64,000 nt of DNA from Eledone cirrhosa. Taxonomy: Eukaryota. The stretch spans positions 130,076,001-130,140,000 of the forward strand of contig OZ024744.1 in the NCBI GenBank assembly GCA_964016885.1, given 5' to 3'. Shown here piece after piece: positions 49,301 through 62,800 of the stretch. A model generated the notes under the pieces. It made no database searches. It saw only the letters and a program-made list of their open reading frames with translations, and was not told the origin of the DNA. Position 1 is the stretch's first letter. Every line of letters begins with the position of its first letter. Both the position numbers and the translations under genes were made by a program.

Positions 49301-52300
49301 AGTTTGGGTTAAGTTGGGGTTAAATTAAGTTGGGGTTAAGTTAAGTTGGGGTTAAGTTAAGTTGGGGTTAAGTTAAGTTGGGGTCAAGTTAAGTTGGGGT
49401 TAAGTTAAGTTTGGGGTAAGTTAAGTTGGGGGTAAGTTAAGTTGGTGTTAAGTTAAGTTGGGGTTAAGTTAAGTTGGGGTTAAGTTAAGTTGGGGTTAAG
49501 TTAAGTTGGGGTTAAGTTAAGTTGCGGTTAAGTTAAGTTGAGGTTAATTTAAGTAGGGGTTAAATTATGTTGGGGTTAAGTTAAGTTCGGGTTAAGTTAA
49601 GTTGGGGTTAAGTTGAGTTGGGGATAAGTTAAGTTGGGGATAAGTTAAGTTGGGGTTAAGTTAAGTTGGGTTTAAGTTAAGTTTGGGTTAAGTTAAGTTG
49701 GGGTTAAGTTAAGTTGGGGTTAAGTTAAGTTGGTTAGTTAAGTTGAGTTGGGGCTAAGTTAAGTTGGGGTTAAGTTAACTTTGGGTTAAGTTAATTTGGG
49801 TTTGAGTTAAGTTGGGGTTAATTAAGTTAGGGTTAAGTTAAGTTGGGGTTAAGTTAAGTTGGGGTTAAGTTAAGTTGGGGTTAAGTTAAGTTGCGGTTAA
49901 GTTAAGTTGATGTTAAGTTAATTTGGGGTTAAGTTAAGTTGGGGTTAAGTTAAGTTGGGGTTAAGTTAAGTTGGGGTTAAGTTAAGGTGGGGTTAAGTTA
50001 AGTTGGGGTCAACTTAAGTTGGGGTTAAGTTAAGTTGGGGTTAACTTAAGTTGGGGTTAAGTTAAGTTGGGGTTAAGTTAAGTTGAGGTTAAGTTAAGTT
50101 GGTGTTAAGTTAAGTTGGGGCTAAGTTAAGTTGGGGCTGAGTTAAGTTGGGGCTGAGTTAAGTTGGAGTTAAGTTAAGCTGGGGTTGAGTTAAGTTGCGG
50201 TTAAGTTAAGTTGGGGTTAAGTTAAGTTGGGGTTAAGTTAAGTTGGGGTTAAGTTAAGTTGGGGTTTATTTAAGTTGGGGTTCAGTTAATTTGGGGTTAA
50301 GTTAAGTTTGGGTTAAGTTGGAGTTAAATTAAGTTGGGGTTAAATTAAGTTGGGGTTAAGCTAAGTTGGGGTTAAGTTAAGTTGGGGTTAATTTAAGTTG
50401 GGGTTAAGTTAAGTTGCGGGTAATTTAAGTCGGGGTTAAGTTAAGTTGGGGTTAAGTTAAGTTGGGGTTAAGTTAAGGTGGGGTTTAGTTAAGTTGGGGT
50501 TAAGTTAAGTTAGGGGTAAGTTAAGTTGGGGGTAAGTTAAGTTGGGGGTAAGTTAAGTTGGGGTTAAGTTAAGTTGGGGTTAAGTTAAGTTGGGGTTGAG
50601 TTAAGTTGGGGTTAAGTTAAGTTGGGGTTATGTTAAGTTGGGGTTAAGTTAAATTGGGGTTAATTTAACTTTGTGGTTAAGTTAAGTTGGGGTTAATTTA
50701 AGTTGGGGTTAAGTTAAGTTGGGGTTAATTTAAGTTGCGGTTAAGTTAAGTTGAGGTTAAGTTAAGTTGGGGTTAAGTTAAGTTGGGGTTAAGTTAAGTT
50801 GGGGTTTATTTAAGTTGGGGTTCAGTTAATTTGGGGTTAAGTTAAGTTTGGGTTTAGTTGGGGTTAAATTAAGTTGGGGTTAAGTTAAGTTGGGGTTAAG
50901 TTACGTTGGGGTTAATTTAAGTTGGGGTTAAGTTAAGTTGCGGGTAATTTAAGTTGGGGTTAGGTTAAGTTGGGGTTAAGTTAAGTTGGGCTTAAGTTAA
51001 GTTGGGGGTAAGTTAAGTTGGGGTTAAGTTAAGTTGCGGGTAAGTGAAGTTGGGGTTAAGTTAAGTTGGGGTTAAGTTAAGTTGGGGTTAAGTTAAGTTA
51101 GGGTTAAGTTAAGTTGGGGTTGAGTTAAGTTGGGGTTAAGTTAAGTTGGGGTTATGTTAAGTTGGGGTTAAGTTATATTGGGGTTAATTTAACTTTGTGG
51201 TTAAGTTAAGTTGGGGTTAATTTAAGTTGGGGTTAAGTTAAGTTGGGGTTAATTTAAGTTGCGGTTAAGTTAAGTTGAGGTTAAGTTAAGTTGGGGTTAA
51301 GTTAAGTTGGGGTTAAGTTAAGTTGGGGCTAAGTTAAGTTGGGGCTAAGTTAAGTTGGGGCTTAGTTAAGTTGGGGTTAAGTTAAGTTGGGGTTAAGTTA
51401 AGGTGGGGTTTAGTTAAGTTGGGGTCAACTAAAGTTGGGGTTAAGTTAAGTTGGGGTTTATTTAAGTTGGGGTTCAGTTAATTTGGGGTTAAGTTAAGTT
51501 TGGGTTAAGTTGGGGTTAAATTAAGTTTGGGTTAAGTTAAGTTGGGGTTAAGTTAAGTTGGGGTTAAGTTAAGTTGGTTAGTTAAGTTGAGTTTAAGTTA
51601 AGTTGGGGTTAATTTAAGTTGCGGTTAAGTTAAGTTGGGGTTAAGTTAAGTTGGGGTTAAGTTAAGTTGGGCTTAAGTTAAGTTGCGGTTAAGTTAAGTT
51701 GAGGTTAAGTTAAGTTGGGGTTAAGTTAAGTTGGGGTTAAGTTAAGTTGGGGCTAAGTTAAGTTGGGGCTAAGTTAAGTTGGGGCTAAGTTAAGTTGGGG
51801 TTAAGTTAACTTTGGGTTAAGTTAATTTGGGTTTGAGTTAAGTTGGGGTTAATTAAGTTGGGGTTAAGTTAAGTTGGGGTTAAGTTAAGTTGGGGTTAAG
51901 TTAAGTTGGGGTTAAGTTGAGTTGCGGTTAAGTTAAGTTGATGTTAAGTTAATTTTGGGTTAAGTTAAGTTGGGGTTAAGTTAAGTTGGGGTTAAGTTAA
52001 GTTGGGGTTAAGTTAAGGTGGGGTTAAGTTAAGTTGGGGTCAACTTAAGTTGGGGTTAAGTTAAGTTGGGGTTAACTTAAGTTGGGGTTAAGTTAAGTTG
52101 AGGTTAAGTTAAGTTGAGGTTAAGTTAAGTTGGTGTTAAGTTAAGTTGGGGCTAAGTTAAGTTGGGGCTGAGTTAAGTTGGGGCTGAGTTAAGTTGGAGT
52201 TAAGTTAAGCTGGGGTTGAGTTAAGTTGCGGTTAAGTTAAGTTGGGGTTAAGTTAAGTTGGGGTTAAGTTAAGTTGGGGTTAAGTTAAGTTGGGGTTTAT

Positions 52301-54438
52301 TTAAGTTGGGGTTCAGTTAATTTGGGGTTAAGTTAAGTTTGGGTTAAGTTGGAGTTAAATTAAGTTGGGGTTAAATTAAGTTGGGGTTAAGCTAAGTTGG
52401 GGTTAAGTTAAGTTGGGGTTAATTTAAGTTGGGGTTAAGTTAAGTTGCGGGGAATTTAAGTCGGGGTTAAGTTAAGTTGGGGTTAAGTTAAGTTGGGGTT
52501 AAGTTAAGGTGGGGTTTACTTAAGTTGGGGTTAAGTTAAGTTGGGGGTAAGTTAAGTTGGGGGTAAGTTAAGTTGGCGTTAAGTTAAGTTGGGGTTAAGT
52601 TAAGTTGGGGTTAAATTAAGTTAGGGTTAAGTTAAGTTGGGGTTGAGTTAAGTTGGGGTTAAGTTAAGTTGGGGTTATGTTAAGTTGGGGTTAAGTTAAG
52701 TTGGGGTTAATTTAAGTTGGGGGTTAAGTTAAGTCGGGGTTAAGTTGAGTTGGGGTTAAGTTAAGTTGGGGTTAAGTTAAGTTGGGGTTAAGTTAAGTTG
52801 GAGTTAAGATAAGTTGGGGTTAAGTTAAGTTGGGGTTGAGTTAAGTTCGGGTTGAGTTAATTTGGCGTTGACTTAAGTTGGGGTTAACTTAAGTTGGGAT
52901 TAAGTTAAGTTGGGGTTAAGTTAAGTTGGGGTTAAATTAAGTTCGGGTTAAGTTAAGTTGGGGTTAAGTTAAGTTGGGCTTAAGTTAAGTTGGGGTTAAG
53001 TTAAGTTGGGGTTAAGTTAGGTTGGGGTTAAGTTAAGTTGGGGGTAAGTTAAGTTGGGGGTAAGTTAAGTTGGGGTTAATTTAAGTTGGGTCGAATTAAG
53101 TTGGTGTTAAGTTAAGTTGGGGTTAAGTTAAGTTGGGGTTAAGTTAAGTTGGGGTTAAGTTAAGTTGGGGTTAAATTAAGTTGGGGTTAAGTTAAGTTGG
53201 GGTTTAGTTAAGTTGGGGTTAAGTTAAGTTGGGGTTAAGTTGGGGTTACGTTAAGTTGGGGGTAAGTTAAGTTAGGGTTAAGTTAAGTTGGGGTTGAGTT
53301 AAGTCGGGGTTAAGTTAAGTTGGGGTTATGTTAAGTTGGGGTTAAGTTAAGTTGGGGTTAAGTTAAGTTGGGGTTCAATTAAGTTGCGGTTAATTTAAGT
53401 TGGGGTTAAGTTAAGTTGGGGTTAAGTTAAGTTGGGGTTAAGTTAAGTTGGGGTTAAGTTAGATTGTTGTTAAGTTAAGTTGGGGTTAAGTTAAGTTGGG
53501 GTTAATTTAAGTTGGGGTTAATTTAAGTTGGGTCTAATTAAGTTGGGGTTAAGTTAAGTTGGGGTTAAGTTAAGTTGGGGTTAAGTTAAGTTGGGGTTAA
53601 GTTAAGTTGGGGTTAAGTTAAGTTGGGTTTACGTTAAGTTGGGGGTAAGTTAAGTTGGGGTTAAATTAAGTTGGGGTTAAGTTAAGTTGGGGTTAAGTTA
53701 AGTTGGGGTTAAGTTAAGTTGGGGTTAAGTTAAGGTGGGGTTAAGTTAAGTTGGGGTCAACTTAAGTTGGGGTTAAGTTAAGTTGGGGTTAACTTAAGTT
53801 GGGGTTAAGTTAAGTTGGGGTTAAGTTAAGTTGAGGTTAAGTTAAGTTGGTGTTAAGTTAAGTTGGGGCTAAGTTAAGTTGGGGCTGAGTTAAGTTGGGG
53901 CTGAGTTAAGTTGGAGTTAAGTTAAGCTGGGGTTGAGTTAAGTTGCGGTTAAGTTAAGTTGGGGTTAAGTTAAGTTGGGGTTAAGTTAAGTTGGGGTTAA
54001 GTTAAGTTGGGGTTTATTTAAGTTGGGGTTCAGTTAATTTGGGGTTAAATTAAGTTTGGGTTAAGTTGGAGTTAAATTAAGTTGGGGTTAAATTAAGTTG
54101 GGGTTAAGCTAAGTTGGGGTTAAGTTAAGTTGGGGTTAATTTAAGTTGGGGTTAAGTTAAGTTGCGGGGAATTTAAGTCGGGGTTAAGTTAAGTTGGGGT
54201 TAAGTTAAGTTGGGGTTAAGTTAAGGTGGGGTTTAGTTAAGTTGGGGTTAAGTTAAGTTGGGGGTAAGTTAAGTTGGGGGTAAGTTAAGTTGGGGGTAAG
54301 TTAAGTTGGGGTTAAGTTAAGTTGCGGTTAAGTTAAGTTGGGGTTAAGTTAAGTTGGGGTTAAGTTAGATTGTTGTTAAGTTAAGTTGGGGTTTATTTAA
54401 GTTGGGGTTCAGTTAATTTGGGGTTAAGTTAAGTTTGG
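40331..54438 (+). repeat. 14,108-bp tandem duplication, copy 2
   Basis: Same markers as copy 1. Identity stops upstream of 26223/40331 (TTGGTG vs TTTGGG) and downstream of 40338/54446 (AA vs GG). Confidence 0.95.
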
Positions 54439-56189
54439 GTTAAGTTGGGGTTAAATTAAGTTGGGGTTAAGTTAAGTTGGGGTTAAGTTAAGTTGGGGTT
54501 AAGTTAAGTTGGGGTCAAGTTAAGTTGGGGTTAAGTTAAGTTGGGGGTAAGTTAAGTTGGGGGTAAGTTAAGTAGGGGTTAAATTATGTTGGGGTTAAGT
54601 TAAGTTCGGGTTAAGTTAAGTTGGGGTTAAGTTGAGTTGGGGATAAGTTAAGTTGGGGATAAGTTAAGTTGGGGTTAAGTTAAGTTGGGTTTAAGTTAAG
54701 TTTGGGTTAAGTTAAGTTGGGGTTAAGTTAAGTTGGGGTTAAGTTAATTTGGTTAGTTAAGTTGAGTTTAAGTTAAGTTGGGGTTAATTTAAGTTGCGGT
54801 TAAGTTAAGTTGGGGTTAAGTTAAGTTGGGGTTAAGTTAAGTTGGGGTTAAGTTAAGTTGCGGTTAAGTTAAGTTGAGGTTAAGTTAAGTTGGGGTTAAG
54901 TTAAGTTGGGGTTAAGTTAAGTTGGGGCTAAGTTAAGTTGGGGCTAAGTTAAGTTGGGGCTAAGTTAAGTTGGGGTTAAGTTAAGTTGGGGTTAAGTTAA
55001 GTTGGGGTTAAGTTAAGGTGGGGTTAAGTTAAGTTGGGGTCAACTTAAGTTGGGGTTAAGTTAAGTTGGGGTTAAGTTAAGTTGGGGTTAAGTTAAGTTG
55101 AGGTTAAGTTAAGTTGGTGTTAAGTTAAGTTGGGGCTAAGTTAAGTTGGGGCTGAGTTAAGTTGGGGCTGAGTTAAGTTGGAGTTAAGTTAAGCTGGGGT
55201 TGAGTTAAGTTGCGGTTAAGTTAAGTTGGGGTTAAGTTAAGTTGGGGTTAAGTTAAGTTGGGGTTAAGTTAAGTTGGGGTTTATTTAAGTTGGGGTTCAG
55301 TTAATTTGGGGTTAAGTTAAGTTTGGGTTAAGTTGGAGTTAAATTAAGTTGGGGTTAAATTAAGTTGGGGTTAAGCTAAGTTGGGGTTAAGTTAAGTTGG
55401 GGTTAATTTAAGTTGGGGTTAAGTTAAGTTGCGGGGAATTTAAGTCGGGGTTAAGTTAAGTTGGGGTTAAGTTAAGTTGGGGTTAAGTTAAGGTGGGGTT
55501 TAGTTAAGTTGGGGTTAAGTTAAGTTGGGGGTAAGTTAAGTTGGGGTTAAATTAAGTTAGGGTTAAGTTAAGTTGGGGTTGAGTTAAGTTGGGGTTAAGT
55601 TAAGTTGGGGTTATGTTAAGTTGGGGTTAAGTTAAGTTGGGGTTAAGTTAAGTTGGGGTTAAGTTAAGTTGCGGTTAAGTTAAGTTGGGGTTAAGTTAAG
55701 TTGGGGTTAAGTTAGATTGTTGTTAAGTTAAGTTGGGGTTAAATTAAGTTGGGGTTAATTTAAGTTGGGGGTTAAGTTAAGTCGGGGTTAAGTTGAGTTG
55801 GGGTTAAGTTAAGTTGGGGTTAAGTTAAGTTGGGGTTAAGATAAGTTGGGGTTAAGTTAAGTTGGGGTTGAGTTAAGTTCGGGTTGAGTTAATTTGGCGT
55901 TGACTTAAGTTGGGGTTAACTTAAGTTGGGATTAAGTTAAGTTGGGGTTAAGTTAAGTTGGGGTTAAATTAAGTTCGGGTTAAGTTAAGTTGGGGTTAAG
56001 TTAAGTTGGGCTTAAGTTAAGTTGGGGTTAAGTTAAGTTGGGGTTAAGTTAGGTTGGGGTTAAGTTAAGTTGGGGGTAAGTTAAGTTGGGGGTAAGTTAA
56101 GTTGGGGTTAATTTAAGTTGGGTCGAATTAAGTTGGTGTTAAGTTAAGTTGGGGTTAAGTTAAGTTGGGGTTAAGTTAAGTTGGGGTTA

Positions 56190-58145
56190 AGTTAGGTTGG
56201 TGTTAAGTTAAGTTGGGGGTAAGTTAAGTTGGGGGTAAGTTAAGTTGGTGTTAAGTTAAGTTGGGGTTAAGTTAAGTTGGGGTTAAGTTAAGTTGGGTTT
56301 AAGTTAAGTTGGGGCTAAGTTAAGTTAGGGCTAAGTTAAGTTGGGGTTAAGTAAAGTTAGGGCTAAGTTAAGTTGGGTTAAGTTAAGTTGGGGTTAATTT
56401 AAGTTGGGGTTACATTAAGTTGAGGTTAAGTTAAGTTGGTGTTAAGTTAAGTTGGGGTTAATTTAAGTTGGGGTTAATTAAGTTGGGGTTAAGTTAAGTT
56501 GGGGTTAAGTTAAGTTGGGGTTAATTTCAGTTGGGGTTGAGTTAAGTTGGGGTTAAGTTTAGTTGGGGTTAATTTAAGTTGGGGTTGAGTTAAGTTGGGG
56601 TTAAGTTAAGTTGGGGTTAAGTTAAATTCGGGTTAAGTTAAGTTGGTGTTAAGTTAAGTTGGGGTTCAGTTAAGTTGGGGCTAAGTTAAGTTGGGGTTAA
56701 GTTAAGTTGGGGTTAAGTTAAGTTAGGGTTAATTTAAGTTGGGGTTATGTTAAGTTGGGGTTAAGTTAAGTTGGGGTTAAGTTAAGTTGGGGCTAAGTTA
56801 AGTTGGGGTTTAGTTAAGTTGGGGTTAAGTTAAGGTGGGGTTAAGTTAAGTTGGGGTCAACTAAAGTTGGGGTTAAGTTAAGTTGGGGTTAATTTAAGTT
56901 GGGGTTAAGTTAAGTTGGGGTTAAGTTGGGGTTAAATTAAGTTGGGGTTAAGTTAAGTTGGGGTTAAGTTAAATGGGGTTAAGTTAAGTTGCGGGTAATT
57001 TAAGTTGGGGTTAAGTTGGGGTTAAGTTAAGTTGGGGTTAAGTTAAGTTGGGGTTAAGTTAAGTTAGGGTTAAGTTAAGTTGGGGTTGAGTTAAGTTGGG
57101 GTTAAGTTAAGTTGGGGTTATGTTAAGTTGGGGTTAAGTTAAGTTGGGGTTAAGTTAAGTTGGGGTTAATTTAAGTTGCGGTTAAGTTAAGTTGGGGTTA
57201 AATTAAGTTGGGGTTAAGTTAAGTTGGGATTAAGTTAAGTTGGGGTTAAGTTAAGTTGGGGTTAAGTTAAGTTGGGGTTAAGTTAGATTGTTGTTAAGTT
57301 AAGTTGGGGTTAAGTTAAGTTGGGGTTAATTTAAGTTGGGGTTAATTTAAGTTGGGTCTAATTAAGTTGGGGTTAAGTTAAGTTGGGGTTAAGTTAAGTT
57401 GGGGTTAAGTTAAGTTGGGGTTAAGTTAAGTTGGGGTTAAGTTAAGTTCGGTTTACGTTAAGTTGGGGGTAAGTTAAGTTGGGGTTAAATTAAGTTGGGG
57501 TTAAGTTAAGTTGGGGTTATGTTAAGTTGGTGTTAAGTTAAGTTGGGGTTAAGTTAAGTTGGGGTTAAGTTAAGTTGGGGTTAAGTTAGGTTGGTGTTAA
57601 GTTAAGTTGGGGGTAAGTTAAGTTGGGGGTAAGTTAAGTTGGTGTTAAGTTAAGTTGGGGTTAAGTTAAGTTGGGGTTAAGTTAAGTTGGGTTTAAGTTA
57701 AGTTGGGGCTAAGTTAAGTTAGGGCTAAGTTAAGTTGGGGTTAAGTAAAGTTAGGGCTAAGTTAAGTTGGGTTAAGTTAAGTTGGGGTTAATTTAAGTTG
57801 GGGTTACATTAAGTTGAGGTTAAGTTAAGTTGGTGTTAAGTTAAGTTGGGGTTAATTTAAGTTGGGGTTAATTAAGTTGGGGTTAAGTTAAGTTGGGGTT
57901 AATTTCAGTTGGGGTTGAGTTAAGTTGGGGTTAAGTTAAGTTGGGGTTAAGTTAATTTCGGGTTAAGTTAAGTTGGTGTTAAGTTAAGTTGGGGTTAAGT
58001 TAAGTTGGGGCTAAGTTAAGTTGGGGTTAAGTTAAGTTGGGGTTAAGTTAAGTTAGGGTTAATTTAAGTTGGGGTTATGTTAAGTTGGGGTTGAGTTAAG
58101 TTGGGGTTAAGTTAAGTTGGGGCTAAGTTAAGTTGGGGTTTAGTT
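56190..58145 (+). repeat. Short dispersed duplication (about 56190-56810 / 57585-58145), ~1.39-kb offset
   Basis: TTACATTAAGTTGAGG C 56413/57807 (+1394). The flanking GTAAAGTTAGGGCT and 15-bp GTTGGGTTAA variants are shared. Confidence 0.75.
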
Positions 58146-58194
58146 AAGTTGGGGTTAATTTAAGTTGGGGTTTAGTTAAGTTGGGGTTAAGTTA

Positions 58195-61100
58195 AGTTGG
58201 TGTTAAGTTAAGTTGGGGCTAAGTTAAGTTGGGGCTGAGTTAAGTTGGGGCTGAGTTAAGTTGGAGTTAAGTTAAGCTGGGGTTGAGTTAAGTTGCGGTT
58301 AAGTTAAGTTGGGGTTAAGTTAAGTTGGGGTTAAGTTAAGTTGGGGTTAAGTTAAGTTGGGGTTTATTTAAGTTGGGGTTCAGTTAATTTGGGGTTAAGT
58401 TAAGTTTGGGTTAAGTTGGAGTTAAATTAAGTTGGTGTTAAATTAAGTTGGGGTTAAGCTAAGTTGGGGTTAATTTAAGTTGGGGTTAAGTTAAGTTGCG
58501 GGTAATTTAAGTCGGGGTTAAGTTAAGTTGGGGTTAAGTTAAGTTGGGGTTAAGTTAAGGTGGGGTTTAGTTAAGTTGGGGTTAAGTTAAGTTAGGGGTA
58601 AGTTAAGTTGGGGGTAAGTTAAGTTGGGGGTAAGTTAAGTTGGGGTTAAGTTAAGTTGGGGTTAAGTTAAGTTGGGGTTGAGTTAAGTTGGGGTTAAGTT
58701 AAGTTGGGGTTATGTTAAGTTGGGGTTAAGTTAAATTGGGGTTAATTTAACTTTGTGGTTAAGTTAAGTTGGGGTTAATTTAAGTTGGGGTTAAGTTAAG
58801 TTGGGGTTAATTTAAGTTGCGGTTAAGTTAAGTTGAGGTTAAGTTAAGTTGGGGTTAAGTTAAGTTGGGGTTAAGTTAAGTTGGGGTTTATTTAAGTTGG
58901 GGTTCAGTTAATTTGGGGTTAAGTTAAGTTTGGGTTTAGTTGGGGTTAAATTAAGTTGGGGTTAAGTTAAGTTGGGGTTAAGTTACGTTGGGGTTAATTT
59001 AAGTTGGGGTTAAGTTAAGTTGCGGGTAATTTAAGTTGGGGTTAGGTTAAGTTGGGGTTAAGTTAAGTTGGGGTTAAGTTAAGTTGGGGGTAAGTTAAGT
59101 TGGGGTTAAGTTAAGTTGCGGGTAAGTTAAGTTGGGGTTAAGTTAAGTTGGGGTTAAGTTAAGTTGGGGTTAAGTTAAGTTAGGGTTAAGTTAAGTTGGG
59201 GTTGAGTTAAGTTGGGGTTAAGTTAAGTTGGGGTTATGTTAAGTTGGGGTTAAGTTATATTGGGGTTAATTTAACTTTGTGGTTAAGTTAAGTTGGGGTT
59301 AATTTAAGTTGGGGTTAAGTTAAGTTGGGGTTAATTTAAGTTGCGGTTAAGTTAAGTTGAGGTTAAGTTAAGTTGGGGTTAAGTTAAGTTGGGGTTAAGT
59401 TAAGTTGGGGCTAAGTTAAGTTGGGGCTAAGTTAAGTTGGGGCTTAGTTAAGTTGGGATTAAGTTAAGTTAGGGTTAAGTTAAGGTGGGGTTTAGTTAAG
59501 TCGGGGTCAACTAAAGTTGGGGTTAAGTTAAGTTGGGGTTTATTTAAGTTGGGGTTAAGTTAATTTGGGGTTAAGTTAAGTTTGGGTTAAGTTGGGGTTA
59601 AATTAAGTTGGGGTTAAGTTAAGTTGGGGTTAAGTTAAGTTGGGGTTAAGTTAAGTTGGGGTCAAGTTAAGTTGGGGTTAAGTTAAGTTGGGGGTAAGTT
59701 AAGTTGGGGGTAAGTTAAGTTGGTGTTAAGTTAAGTTGGGGTTAAGTTAAGTTGGGGTTAAGTTAAGTTGGGGTTAAGTTAAGTTGAGGTTAAGTTAAGT
59801 AGGGGTTAAATTATGTTGGGGTTAAGTTAAGTTCGGGTTAAGTTAAGTTGGGGTTAAGTTGAGTTGGGGATAAGTTAAGTTGGGGATAAGTTAAGTTGGG
59901 GTTAAGTTAAGTTGGGTTTAAGTTAAGTTTGGGTTAAGTTAAGTTGGGGTTAAGTTAAGTTGGGGTTAAGTTAAGTTGGTTAGTTAAGTTGAGTTTAAGT
60001 TAAGTTGGGGTTAATTTAAGTTGCGGTTAAGTTAAGTGGGGTTAAGTTAAGTTGGGGTTAAGTTAAGTTGGGCTTAAGTTAAGTTGCGGTTAAGTTAAGT
60101 TGAGGTTAAGTTAAGTTGGGGTTAAGTTAAGTTGGGGTTAAGTTAAGTTGGGGCTAAGTTAAGTTGGGGCTAAGTTAAGTTGGGGCTAAGTTAAGTTGGG
60201 GTTAAGTTAACTTTGGGTTAAGTTAATTTGGGTTTGAGTTAAGTTGGGGTTAATTAAGTTGGGGTTAAGTTAAGTTGGGGTTAAGTTAAGTTGGGGTTAA
60301 GTTAAGTTGGGGTTAAGTTGAGTTGCGGTTAAGTTAAGTTGATGTTAAGTTAATTTGGGGTTAAGTTAAGTTGGGGTTAAGTTAAGTTGGGGTTAAGTTA
60401 AGTTGGGGTTAAGTTAAGGTGGGGTTAAGTTAAGTTGGGGTCAACTTAAGTTGGGGTTAAGTTAAGTTGGGGTTAACTTAAGTTGGGGTTAAGTTAAGTT
60501 GAGGTTAAGTTAAGTTGAGGTTAAGTTAAGTTGGTGTTAAGTTAAGTTGGGGCTAAGTTAAGTTGGGGCTGAGTTAAGTTGGAGTTAAGTTAAGCTGGGG
60601 TTGAGTTAAGTTGCGGTTAAGTTAAGTTGGGGTTAAGTTAAGTTGGGGTTAAGTTAAGTTGGGGTTAAGTTAAGTTGGGGTTTATTTAAGTTGGGGTTCA
60701 GTTAATTTGGGGTTAAGTTAAGTTTGGGTTAAGTTGGAGTTAAATTAAGTTGGGGTTAAATTAAGTTGGGGTTAAGCTAAGTTGGGGTTAAGTTAAGTTG
60801 GGGTTAATTTAAGTTGGGGTTAAGTTAAGTTGCGGGGAATTTAAGTCGGGGTTAAGTTAAGTTGGGGTTAAGTTAAGTTGGGGTTAAGTTAAGGTGGGGT
60901 TTAGTTAAGTTGGGGTTAAGTTAAGTTGGGGGTAAGTTAAGTTGGGGGTAAGTTAAGTTGGCGTTAAGTTAAGTTGGGGTTAAGTTAAGTTGGGGTTAAA
61001 TTAAGTTAGGGTTAAGTTAAGTTGGGGTTGAGTTAAGTTGGGGTTAAGTTAAGTTGGGGTTATGTTAAGTTGGGGTTAAGTTAAGTTGGGGTTAAGTTAA

Positions 61101-62800
61101 GTTGGGGTTAAGTTAAGTTGCGGTTAAGTTAAGTTGGGGTTAAGTTAAGTTGGGGTTAAGTTAGATTGTTGTTAAGTTAAGTTGGGGTTAATTTAAGTTG
61201 GGGGTTAAGTTAAGTCGGGGTTAAGTTGAGTTGGGGTTAAGTTAAGTTGGGGTTAAGTTAAGTTGGGGTTAAGTTAAGTTGGGGTTAAGATAAGTTGGGG
61301 TTAAGTTAAGTTGGGGTTGAGTTAAGTTCGGGTTGAGTTAATTTGGCGTTGACTTAAGTTGGGGTTAACTTAAGTTGGGATTAAGTTAAGTTGGGGTTAA
61401 GTTAAGTTGGGGTTAAATTAAGTTCGGGTTAAGTTAAGTTGGGGTTAAGTTAAGTTGGGCTTAAGTTAAGTTGGGGTTAAGTTAAGTTGGGGTTAAGTTA
61501 GGTTGGGGTTAAGTTAAGTTGGGGGTAAGTTAAGTTGGGGGTAAGTTAAGTTGGGGTTAATTTAAGTTGGGTCGAATTAAGTTGGTGTTAAGTTAAGTTG
61601 GGGTTAAGTTAAGTTGGGGTTAAGTTAAGTTGGGGTTAAGTTAAGTTGGGGTTAAATTAAGTTGGGGTTAAGTTAAGTTGGGCTTTAGTTAAGTTGGGGT
61701 TAAGTTAAGTTGGGGTTAAGTTGGGGTTACGTTAAGTTGGGGGTAAGTTAAGTTAGGGTTAAGTTAAGTTGGGGTTGAGTTAAGTCGGGGTTAAGTTAAG
61801 TTGGGGTTATGTTAAGTTGGGGTTAAGTTAAGTTGGGGTTAAGTTAAGTTGGGGTTCAATTAAGTTGCGGTTAATTTAAGTTGGGGTTAAGTTAAGTTGG
61901 GGTTAAGTTAAGTTGGGGTTAAGTTAAGTTGGGGTTAAGTTAGATTGTTGTTAAGTTAAGTTGGGGTTAAGTTAAGTTGGGGTTAATTTAAGTTGGGGTT
62001 AATTTAAGTTGGGTCTGATTAAGTTGGGGTTAAGTTAAGTTGGGGTTAAGTTAAGTTGGGGTTAAGTTAAGTTGGGGTTAAGTTAAGTTGGGTTTACGTT
62101 AAGTTGGGGGTAAGTTAAGTTGGGGTTAAATTAAGTTGGGGTTAAGTTAAGTTGGGGTTAAGTTAAGTTGGGGTTAAGTTAAGTTGGGGTTAAGTTAAGG
62201 TGGGGTTAAGTTAAGTTGGGGTCAACTTAAGTTGGGGTTAAGTTAAGTTGGGGTTAACTTAAGTTGGGCTTAAGTTAAGTTGGGGTTAAGTTAAGTTGAG
62301 GTTAAGTTAAGTTGGTGTTAAGTTAAGTTGGGGCTAAGTTAAGTTGGGGCTGAGTTAAGTTGGGGCTGAGTTAAGTTGGAGTTAAGTTAAGCTGGGGTTG
62401 AGTTAAGTTGCGGTTAAGTTAAGTTGGGGTTAAGTTAAGTTGGGGTTAAGTTAAGTTGGAGTTAAGTTAAGTTGGGGTTTATTTAAGTTGGGGTTCAGTT
62501 AATTTGGGGTTAAATTAAGTTTGGGTTAAGTTGGAGTTAAATTAAGTTGGGGTTAAATTAAGTTGGGGTTAAGCTAAGTTGGGGTTAAGTTAAGTTGGGG
62601 TTAATTTAAGTTGGGGTTAAGTTAAGTTGCGGGGAATTTAAGTCGGGGTTAAGTTAAGTTGGGGTTAAGTTAAGTTGGGGTTAAGTTAAGGTGGGGTTTA
62701 GTTAAGTTGGGGTTAAGTTAAGTTGGGGGTAAGTTAAGTTGGGGGTAAGTTAAGTTGGGGGTAAGTTAAGTTGGGGTTAAGTTAAGTTGGGGTTAAGTTA
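58195..62800 (+). repeat. Diverged third copy of the ~36.0-40.2 kb / ~50.1-54.3 kb block
   Basis: TAAGTTATAT at 37061/51169/59251 and GGTCGAATT C at 38984/53092/61573. The offset to the second copy grows from 8,082 to 8,481 through internal indels. Confidence 0.8.
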
